Positions 54,950 to 64,000 of a stretch of DNA of 64,000 bases are shown here, piece by piece. The stretch covers positions 1,798,001 to 1,862,000 of the forward strand of contig SMSO01000035.1 in the NCBI GenBank assembly GCA_004764695.1, given 5' to 3'. The notes below the pieces were generated by a model that was not told the origin of the DNA, searched no databases, and was given only the letters and a program-made list of their open reading frames with translations. The position numbers and the translations under genes are program-made. Numbering within the stretch: position 1 is the first letter of the stretch; the number at the start of each line of letters is the position of its first letter. The DNA is from Schizochytrium sp. TIO01. Lineage: Eukaryota > Protista > Bigyra: Labyrinthulomycetes.

Positions 54950-55240
54950 ATTTGTTTTAAGATACGAGAAGACAGCTCTCTTAATTAATTTAAAAATATT
55001 GTTTTAATTTTAAAACTTACAGCTTAGTTTTGCTTTCCAAACGATATCATTTTGAGTTTAAAAAAATTAACAAAAACATTTAAAAATATTCCTACTTCAA
55101 AAATGTTTTTTTTTTTTTTTTTTTAAATATAAAAATATATAATTAAAAACTTATTAATTAAAAAACATTTTAAAAAGCATTAAAAAGTAATAACTTTAAA
55201 AGATTCGAGGCATTCAAAAAATTATTACAAAAAATATCTT
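54950..55240. other. Extreme AT-rich island with T/A homopolymers
   Basis: About 290 bp dominated by A/T, including a long T run at ~55107-55124, with sharp boundaries. Confidence 0.85.
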
Positions 55241-57222
55241 TTGGGTTTAGTCGTATTTGGAAAATCAGATTTGGTGCAGATCGTTACTGTAATCTGTTGT
55301 GAATCAATCGCCTGTACTTCGACTCATGCGAAGCCTGCTCTCCGCTGATTCCAAGCACCAGGCAGCAAAGAAGTCCTCCGTAACGCAGGGATGGCTCGAA
55401 GAACATTTCTTCAGCGTGGATGGATTTGCTCCGTTACGTTGCCCCACCTTGGATGTACCCCTTTGCAGCCGTCCGTGACCTTTCTTGCAAATGCCGTTTC
55501 AAGCTCGCCGTCCTGGGCAGATTTGGATCCTCGCGGCAACCTCAACGCAAGGAATCAGGCAAGAGCCTCGGGCACTGGTCCTCCAGCACCTCGTTTGGCG
55601 GAGACCCAGGAGAACCAGCCAGCGAGCGAGCGACGTGAAGCTCGAGGCCTCATTCTCATTCTCGTTCACCGTGGAATCGTGATTCAAATCAACCCGGTCG
55701 TCTTCGAAATTCCTGCCTCGCATCTCAGCCCCTTTTTTTGCAAGGATGCTCGAGACGAGCACGACTCGCGCGGGGCGCGGTCGCTTTCCATCGCCGCCGC
55801 TGCGCACGAGCGGAGAAAACCCCAGTAACCGAGGGATGCCTCGAGGAACAGTTCAATGGCTGTGACCTCCGGTGCTGCCATCATACATATCCTCCAAGTT
55901 TTCCAAGTTCTTCAAGTTCTTCTGGGCCTCCGCTCAGCGTCAACTCTTTCTGCTACGGAGGCGAGCGAGCGGACCCTTCTCCTCTCCCTGCTGTCGTGCA
56001 GGCATCTTGAAACCTTCGTGTCCGTGGAGGTCGGGCTCGTCAAGTTGCCTCAAGTTTGATGCCCCGTGCGTGCATCATCGCACAGGACATGCCTTTGGGC
56101 ATCCCCAATACGAAGCTTGTCGCCGTGGTGGCTGCCGCAGTCTTCACCAGTTGCGGCAACCTAGACGAAGATGCTTTCCCTCCAAGGCTGGCTCCAGCGT
56201 GATATGAAATGCAGCGACTTGGACGGGATTCCGTGGATGGATCGAGCATCAGAAAAGGCTCGAGCTGCACGGAAGCACGAATCTGAGACAACCCTTTGCT
56301 GCTCTCGTTCGCAATCGAATGCATTCTCGTGTGTGCAGTCGCATACACGCGTGCATCGCGATGCCATTCTCTGCGTGCCATGTGATTGATTGCGCTTGTG
56401 ATTGTGATTGTGGTTGAGTGTGCTCCTGGGCATGTGCTCCATCGCACGTGCTCCCCTGCGACGCCGGCGCTTTCTGCAATGCAATCCTGCCGCAGTCAGC
56501 ACTCCTTCTTGTGCCAGCGGAGCCCATGGCATGTCAAGCCCAACAGGAGCCGTCGGTCTCCACGCTTGCCAACCTTTCAAGACAAGAGCAGCATTCAATA
56601 ACCCCCACGACGCTTTGCTTCATCTTGAAACTACATTCTCACGTGCACACCTTCAATTCATTCCACCTGCCCCAATCCACAGTCTTTGAGACCTCGCAAT
56701 CATCTCACGATCCAATCACACTCACTCACTCGCTCACTCGCTCGCTCACTCGAATCGACAGATGACTGAATGCAAATGTCTGCCTAGGTAAGCTAGCAAT
56801 GGCGCTCCCAGGGATCCCAACTTTAGGTGTCAATGCGGAGGACAAAGCGAATAACACTCTTCGTCGAATACAATGAGCAGAAAGGACCTGAGGGTGGTGA
56901 AGGCAGGTATAGCTAGCCAGTGCCTAGGGACCGCCGCCTCTGCGAGCTCCTGGTTCTGTCCAACATTGGCAAAAAGCAGCAGCGGCCCGGACAGTGTCGC
57001 ATAGACGCTTCCGGAGGAAACAAAGATGCCGGCTTCGGAAACAGCCACAGACGGGCTGGTCACTTTTGAAAGGACGAAAGGTGTGCGCCAGTCGGCTGAC
57101 TGAAGTAAAGGGAGCGCCAGCCAGAGCGGACCTTAGCTGAGGAGGAGACGGGAGAGGGGCAATGCGGCCGATTGCGGAAAGCTTTACAGAATTGTGAAAG
57201 AACTTGGAGACAGCGAGATAAA

Positions 57223-57257
57223 CTAGCTAGCTAGCTGGCTAGCTAGCTAGCTATAGC
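57223..57257. repeat. Self-complementary (CTAG)n microsatellite
   Basis: actagctagctagctggctagctagctagctatagc. Confidence 0.9.
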
Positions 57258-59575
57258 TGGCTGCTTACTCGTTGACGCGAGCAGACCAGGTCTCTTCCCA
57301 CAGGCCTGGATGTGCTGCATGCAGGTGAGTGATTTGGTCGATGCCTCCTTTGGAAGAGATTCATTCCATGGATGGTTCTTGATGAAGTACTGGGTAGGCA
57401 TCTGCCTACCTACCTACCCCTTGGGAACAAGAACGATATTCTGCGGAAAAGGCAGGAAACCTAAAATCCAGAGTAGGTAGGTAGGTAGGTACTTATCTAA
57501 GCCGTCCATCCATCCATCCATCCGTCGACAAATCAACTGTATGCGTAAATGCGAGAATTTCAAGTTCATTCTTAAAATGTTTTGCAAATAGAAGACCCCT
57601 CTTGGCCCACAATTTTAATTGAAAAAGTGATTTGAGGAATTTACGCACGAAGATTTCTTTCTTTCAAATGATTTCAAAGTCTGCGTCAAATTCTGCATTT
57701 TTGGAAAATTGCTATGCAAATTTTACCGGCCTTCTTGCCCTGCGCTAAGCTATTTCGGTAAATTGAAAACCCAGGGAAGGTAGCATTGGCCACTTGTGAG
57801 GGAGGCATTTGCTTGGGTTTTTATCCAACCTACGGATCGGCGGGAATACCTCTGACGTGGGTGAGTGTGGAGAAGGTTCATCAAGAGGAAATCTAGTACT
57901 GTTTAGGGACAGCGATAATTACTACACCAGAGGGTAGGGATGTCTTTTAGACTCAAATGAGAAACTTGAGGGTTATGCCAGAAAGTTGAATGTCGTACCT
58001 GAGAAACGTTCCGTTTGTTCTATCAGCTATGCGATGAAGGCTGAAAATTTGAGGGGTTTCATAATTTGAGCAACTATATTGCGCCTCTCTATTTTTAAAT
58101 GATCAAAAAGGGGCACTGGTCCAGAGACCAAAAGTTATTGCCCAGCAGTTGCGCTCTTTATGACTTTTATTTTTATTTTTTAAATCAAGACAGTAACCTG
58201 ATACGCTTTGACTTAAACTTTCATCCCAACATAAAAGGATTTTGAGGAATACTTCTAACTCGTTTATTTTAAGTCACAGTGAACAACGATTAGAAAGCAA
58301 AGAGTTGATTAAGCAGCCTCATAATTTGAGAAATCGCTAGCTATCGAATTAAACGTCATATCATTAGCGAACATGTGAATGCTCGCAGAATGAGAAGATT
58401 GTTTTTTTCAATGTTACCTTGGAGAGAGAAAGACCTTAAGATGAAAAGGAACAAACGCAGCACGACCTTCGCTTCATTGATTTTGGTTACATTGTAATCT
58501 TGCTATGATGTATAACAGGTTTCGACAGGTGAATAGCTACCCTGTCCTTCTTTCATCTGTTGGGTCTAGTCACGCCAATTGGATACATTTCTTGCAGAAT
58601 AGAAAACGAGAATAAAATTAAGATTCATTTGCGATATGCATGCGCTGACCAGGCTATCTACAGCCCATTCGCCAGGCTACAATCATTGCAACAAAGTTTC
58701 ATGTTGAACCAAACTACTTGAATGACGCTAGGTACCCATTGCGTCATAATATAAACATTTTGATTCCGAATTACAATACTGAGGCCAATCAAAATAATTT
58801 CTCGTTAATTTGCTTCATTAATTACTGGCTGGGTAATTGGTATGTGCTGCTATGAGGGTACGTTCCTACGATGACATGTGCTTTGATCATTTATTTCACA
58901 GCGTTTACAGCAATGGCAGCTTTTCGTTGGTTCTTTGATATAGAAGAGGAACAGATGAGAGTATTTAGCCTATGAGAGTTTTGGCCTTGAAATAATACGA
59001 ACAGAAAGAAAAGGACAAAGCAATCTTCAAGTGGAATCGCTGCTGTTCCCTGCAGTGAATTCATTTCTTAACTTTCTCGCCACAGCAGAGACACGCCGAA
59101 GCTAGCTAGCATTCCTCCCCATCGTCTGGCTCGAGTAGTAAAAGCCAAAGCTCGCGTCAAACAAAAAGAACAGACAAACAAACAAACAAACAAACAAACA
59201 CATCAGCAGCAGTAGCACTGCCTGCAAGCGAGTGGGCCCTGCTCGCTGGCACTGACGATCTGTCGCTGTCTCTGCCTGGCCAGCGGGCAAAGAAGGAAAG
59301 CAAGCAACTCGCATGCCTGTTCGTTGACTTCCTTTCTGTGGCAGCATCGCAAATTCGGCTTCATTCCCAATCTTCTGTTACCTCGAAGAGCTGGACGATG
59401 CCCCCTCTTCCTACAAGGTCGGCTGCCGTGAGTCCAAGTGGGTACCTACTGCTCTGCTGCTCTCTGCCTCCTGTCTGTTATCCAAAGGCGAGCCACGCGA
59501 ACAGCAAGAAAAATACAAACGGGCAGGCATTCTCCACAGCCAAGTACATCGCAGCAGCAGCAGCAGCAGATGCTT

Positions 59576-60016
59576 GAATGAATGAATGAATCAATGAATC
59601 AATGATTGAATGAATGAATGAATGAATGAATGATTGATTGATTGACTGATTGCCGTAGTCACGGCAGCGTCTTCACGGAAGCTGCGGCTTCTTACCACAT
59701 GCAGCTTCGCTGCGGCATGTGCCGTGATCTTTGGCCGCACTTTTCGAGCAACGAGACATCCGACGGTGGTTCTTGGCGGTGCTCACGGCGCTCGTGGCGC
59801 TGATGGGCGAATGATTCAATGAATGAATTGATGAATTGATGAATGGTTAAATTGGTGAATGGTTAAATAATTGAATTGATTCAATGATGAATGATTAGAT
59901 TGATGAATTGATTCAATGAATTGATTCATGAATTCATGAATGAATATAAAAATCAACCAATGAATTGATGGATGGACGGATGGATGGATGGATGGGTGGG
60001 TGGGTGGGTGGATGGG
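59576..60016 (+). repeat. Two compound period-4 tracts (GAAT/CAAT/GATT at 59576-59651; GAAT to GGAT to GGGT at ~59810-60016)
   Basis: Read directly from sequence. The second tract ends in GGGTGGGTGGGTGGG (59994-60008). Confidence 0.93.
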
Positions 60017-60845
60017 CCGGTGCGCTCTGCGCTGCCTCGCCGCCGCTGCCTCTTCTCGGCGAGCGGAAAGCGAGTCAGCGGAGGTTCCATTTTGATTTCC
60101 TGCTCGCCGGGTTTCTTTCAATCATTCACCCTTGGCGGCGTCTGACTTGGAATCGAAACCGAGTAAGGAAGGAAGTCTGCTTCAGGACCAAATTCACTCG
60201 CAGAGTTACGCGCGCGAGCGACTCTCCACCGCAATCAGTCCGTGCAGTTGTCTGCCTTTTGCTGATCGATTGATCTACTGATGAAATGACTGATCAATGG
60301 GTTGATTGATGATTGTTTGATTGCAATCATTGGTTGATCGCCTGAAAGATTGCCTGATTGCCTGACTGCTGGAGGCCGCCAATGCAAAGCAATGGCCTGC
60401 AAGCTGCTCGAGGCCGTCCAGATCATTTCTTCGCGTGGCCTGAACCCACGGCGGTCGGCGCATCGCATTCATTCAACCTGAGCCGGCAACCACAAGCACA
60501 AACAAACAAACAAACAAACACACACACAAACACAGGAGCGGAGTCCTCAACCTCAATTCCCATCACCGCTCTCTGAGAATCTATCTGGCTCCCGGAAATG
60601 CGCAAGGCTCGGCTCGCCTCATTCTTTATTGCTCTTCATCGAGCCCAAGTTCACCCATAACTCAGACATCACCATTCGGTTTCGCTCGTCGTCTCTCGCT
60701 CCTTCGCTGTGCCTGCTGCATGTGCCTCGCGAAGTCCGCAAACTATCTGTCATCTGTTGAGCACGTTTTCGATGCTCTTGGCGACGATGGATGCGATGAA
60801 CATTACCCGTGAGTGCATGAACGAACCAACGAATGGATCAGTCAG

Positions 60846-60966
60846 TGAATGAATGAATGAATGAATGAATGAATGAGTAAATAATTGAATGAATGAATGA
60901 ATGAATGAATGAATGAATGAATGAATGAGTAAATAATTGAATGAATGAATGAATGAATGAATGAGT
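60846..60966 (+). repeat. (GAAT)n array with a duplicated GAGT-AAAT-AATT interruption (higher-order repeat)
   Basis: gagtaaataatt occurs twice between GAAT runs. Confidence 0.95.
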
Positions 60967-62010
60967 GATTTCATTTTCTCCGCGTGTCTGGTCACTTCCT
61001 TCCTGATGTGCTCTGCTTCCTGCGCGTGGCACAGAAACGCCGCTGGCCACTTGCCTTTTGCAGAGGTCCTTCCTTCGCAGCAGCAGCAGCAGCAGTGAAA
61101 GCTCGATTTCCTTCTTGCTTTGCTTTGCTTTCTTTCTGCACTTCTGTGTGAAATGGTGCGAATTCCATGGTCACGAGCGAGATGGGCGCAAGCTCCTCAC
61201 GGCACAGCTCGCCGCGACCACCCGCCACTCGCACCATGGTCCTCTTCTTCTTCTTCTGCACCCCCATCGGCGACGCCAGGATAGGCAGGCAGGCAATGCT
61301 TGCTCGCGACGTCTTGGCTTGGCTTGGCTTGGCTGCGAAACCGGCTCAGAGAGGCCACGAGCAGGCTGGTTCTCCATCTTCATCCGTCGTGGCACCATTA
61401 CCTTTAAAACAGAAAACTGAAATAAAAATAGAAATAATTATTCTATAAACAGAACTTTAATTTAAGTTAAAGAGTAAAAATTAATTTTAAACCCCATATT
61501 GCCCTGCGGCTATTATTTCCAACTTCAAGTAAATAAAAAATTAATAGATAATAAATTAACTAATCAATTAATAAACAGACAGGCAGGCAGAGTAAAATGA
61601 TGGGCGCTCTCTGATGGTAGAACAGAGGGTGTTTTCTTCAAGTTCTCACCCTCTGTCCTGCCCTGTCCTGGCCGAGGCATTTGTTTTCCTCTCCTCCAAG
61701 TGACCACCATCGCTTCTTTTTTTTCTTTTTTTTTTAAGACCCAGCTCTGCACGGGGATCACGTACATTTGGGTCAGCGGGTGCTGCGATACGCCCCAAAG
61801 CAGCGCACTCCGTTGGCCCTCGACCTGTGTCAATGACAGATATTTGACACGCGAGTGAGAGAGCGAACGATCATGTTCTACTGACCGACGGAAATAACTC
61901 TTCGCTCATGGACAAATCAATTTTATTGAAAGTTTAGATTTTTTAATATATGCTTTTCTTTCAAAGGCTTGGAAAAATAATTAACGAGGCATGCGCTCCT
62001 CTTCCTTTTC

Positions 62011-62369
62011 TCATTCATTCATTCATTCATTCATTCATTCATTCATTGGCCAGGACTGCGAAGATCTCGAGCGGACGAGCAGATATGATGGTGCGGGTCT
62101 CCGCGAGTGCGGGCGAATGAAGGGCTCTGGCGCAATGCTGCGCTCAGCGGTGCGCTTCCATGGCTCGCCCCATCTTCTTCGTCTTCTTCTTCGTGGCCGG
62201 GGAATCCGTTCTCTGCTGCCTGCACGAGGCCGGTCTCCGATGGACGTCGCGCGCCCACAACTGCAGTGGGGTGAGGCACGTGCATAGATTAGAGGATAAG
62301 CAAAGAGAGAGAAACAAGCGAATTGATGGATAGATGGATGGATGGATGGATGGATGGATGGATGGATGG
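62011..62369 (+). repeat. (TCAT)9 at 62011-62047 and (GGAT)n at ~62324-62369
   Basis: Read directly from sequence. Confidence 0.93.
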
Positions 62370-62807
62370 CCATTTACTTACAAGTTTGCTGGTAGAGCTG
62401 ATGGGTCGATTCTAGTTTGGACGTTAGAGAACGAGATCACCATCGCGAAAATCACGTGCGCGGATTAATGCAGGCAATCTTAAAAACTCGCCCTGAGCTT
62501 TGACACCTTGAAATGGCCAAAGTGAATAGACAAGTGGTGGGATGCATCAAGCAAAGAGCGATTCCATGGATGATTTCAAGAATGAATGAATTTTGTTTAA
62601 CTCCCTTTAAAGCCCTCGAAACTCTCGTGTTATGTATCGACTTATTAACGGCACATGTCTTCAAAACAGCTGATTTCATTCTTGGTCTTGGTCATCACCA
62701 TCATACACGCAACAGGCAACATCCTGGGTTTCAGGATGGCTAACAACAGGTCTGGAGCCCGGAATATCATAAATTTCTGTCTCCACGACCGCCATAACGG
62801 CAATCAT

Positions 62808-62833
62808 GAGAGAGAGAGAGAGAGAGAGAGAGA
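62808..62833 (+). repeat. (GA)13 dinucleotide repeat
   Basis: Read directly from sequence. Confidence 0.95.
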
Positions 62834-63364
62834 TCGTTCAATGCATTTCAATGCATTGTAGTTCAAAGCAGCGAAGCAAAGCAAAAAGCACAATGGATGT
62901 ATTGCAGGATCGCTTTGGTTTATGAATACTAACAAAATCGCGAATGTAAATCTACCGGAGTGGAACAGCAGTTTTTTAAAAGTTAGTTTTCTCTTCGAAT
63001 ACCTAACACGTACTCACTTATCGTTCATTCTTGAAAAGTGGAGGCTTTGAACAAAACAATAACAACAATATAACAAACAAGCAAACAAGGAAACAAAAAG
63101 TGCAGAGAAGTGTGCTACATTGAAAATTAAGCGCGCGCTACTTTGCCGTCGCGAGAGCTCTTTCTTCAAATTGCTTGACTCTGCGCTCATGAAGGCACCT
63201 TCGGAAACAAAACACAGCCACGCGAACAAAAGTCCACCGCCCCTCTTCCACCTATCTATGTATCCATTCACCATTCATCCATTCATTCCCTCCAATAAAT
63301 AAACTCAATTCACTACACCTCTCTATTCAAGCCGCCTCGTTTCCTTCTTTCTCCGGCACCAAAA

Positions 63365-63481
63365 ATCGCTTGGCCCCAGACGGGCGGGACCCATCGTGGG
63401 GGTCCCCTAGCTTTCCGTCTTGATGGTCAGGGGAATCATCATGGGTGTCCCTTCAGAGTGGCTGAGGCGTTCCATTTTTTT
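63365..63481 (+). ncRNA. Candidate structured small RNA (three-way junction followed by a T7 run), family unknown
   Basis: Closing stem 63367-63375/63460-63469, arm 1 63378-63384/63414-63420 plus 63386-63392/63400-63406, arm 2 63429-63434/63448-63453, then oligo-T 63475-63481. Folded by hand only. Confidence 0.3.
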
Positions 63482-63676
63482 CTTTTCAAATTTAAAAAGT
63501 ATTCACCTTCATCGTTACTTTTTATTACTATAACAATAATAAAATTAAACATTATATTTTATTTGCATTTTAAAAAATAAACATAAAAAAATATATTGCA
63601 TTTACATGTGCTGGAAAAGTTCAAATTAGATTTCAAGCTGCATGCTGACAGCTTTATACACTAAAAAATAAAAAAA

Positions 63677-63876
63677 AATGAATGAATGAATGAATGAATG
63701 AATGAACAGAGAGCTGGTGTCGAGGCTGGTCCCTGATGGTGTTTCTATTGCGATATGCTCGAGGCACGCGAGGGCTGGTCGCGATGGCATCCCGAGCTCA
63801 GAGCAAGGCCGTTGCAGAGCGCCTGCGAGACGGGCGGGGTCTGGAGAGCAGGCCACCGCCAGCCCGCCAGCCCGCC

Positions 63877-63911
<35 letters not shown>
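63677..63911 (+). repeat. (GAAT)~7 at 63677-63705 and (GCAA)~8 at 63877-63911
   Basis: Read directly from sequence. Confidence 0.93.
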
Positions 63912-64000
63912 TGGAAAACAGGTGCGCGAGAAAGAGGTTGGAGACCCGCGGCACTTGAATCGCACACAGTGGCCAAAAGTGCGAGCCGCTGCTAATTACG

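Noticed and set aside
55391-56765. Dense overlapping 60-145-aa ORFs on both strands
   Set aside because: Expected in GC-rich DNA; no consistent frame, codon bias or motif. At most a decayed relic.
34797-60290. CTGATGA occurrences as hammerhead ribozyme cores (e.g. near 34797, 38436, 54405, 60278)
   Set aside because: No flanking stems with a properly placed GAAA could be built by eye.
59816-62373. ORFs with IHSF / IHPS / MDGW repeats
   Set aside because: Translations of GAAT/GGAT tetranucleotide arrays.
63365-63481. 5S rRNA, U2 or U11 snRNA identity for the structured island
   Set aside because: Lacks the 5S conserved loop sequences (CCGAUC/GAAC, UUAGUA), the U2 branch-pairing GUGUAGUA and the U11 5' AAAAAGGG; resemblance is limited to overall shape or a few 5' bases.

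Overview
Eukaryotic, intron-poor, microsatellite-rich DNA, most consistent with a flagellated heterotrophic stramenopile such as a thraustochytrid/labyrinthulomycete (inferred from gene content and sequence style, not proven). The first ~49.6 kb holds 17 protein genes: the 3' end of a Vps20/CHMP6-like gene, SKA2, a CEP76/CC2D2A-family C2 protein, a membrane hypothetical, MMAA, a MyTH4-FERM myosin, BORCS5-like, RMD1/DUF155, a peptidase C69, a LysM-TLDc (OXR1-like) protein, two tandem PNPOx-like paralogs flanking a tRNA-Ala(UGC), CCDC40 head-to-head with CCDC103, a small mucin-like membrane protein, a coiled-coil hypothetical and a CCCH-Smr protein. Two gene models need introns that the ORF track misses (RMD1 3' exon; a 21-nt first exon for the CCCH-Smr gene). 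Non-genic highlights are a 180-bp MITE with perfect 40-bp TIRs and a 9-bp TSD-like flank (27618-27797), a candidate ~115-nt structured Pol III-like ncRNA (63365-63481), several possible decayed coding relics with hints of CpA>TpA erosion, and a ~14 kb gene-free tail of period-4 compound microsatellites and extreme AT islands. No CRISPR array, rRNA or intact transposase was found. All family calls come from motif recognition by eye, without database searches.
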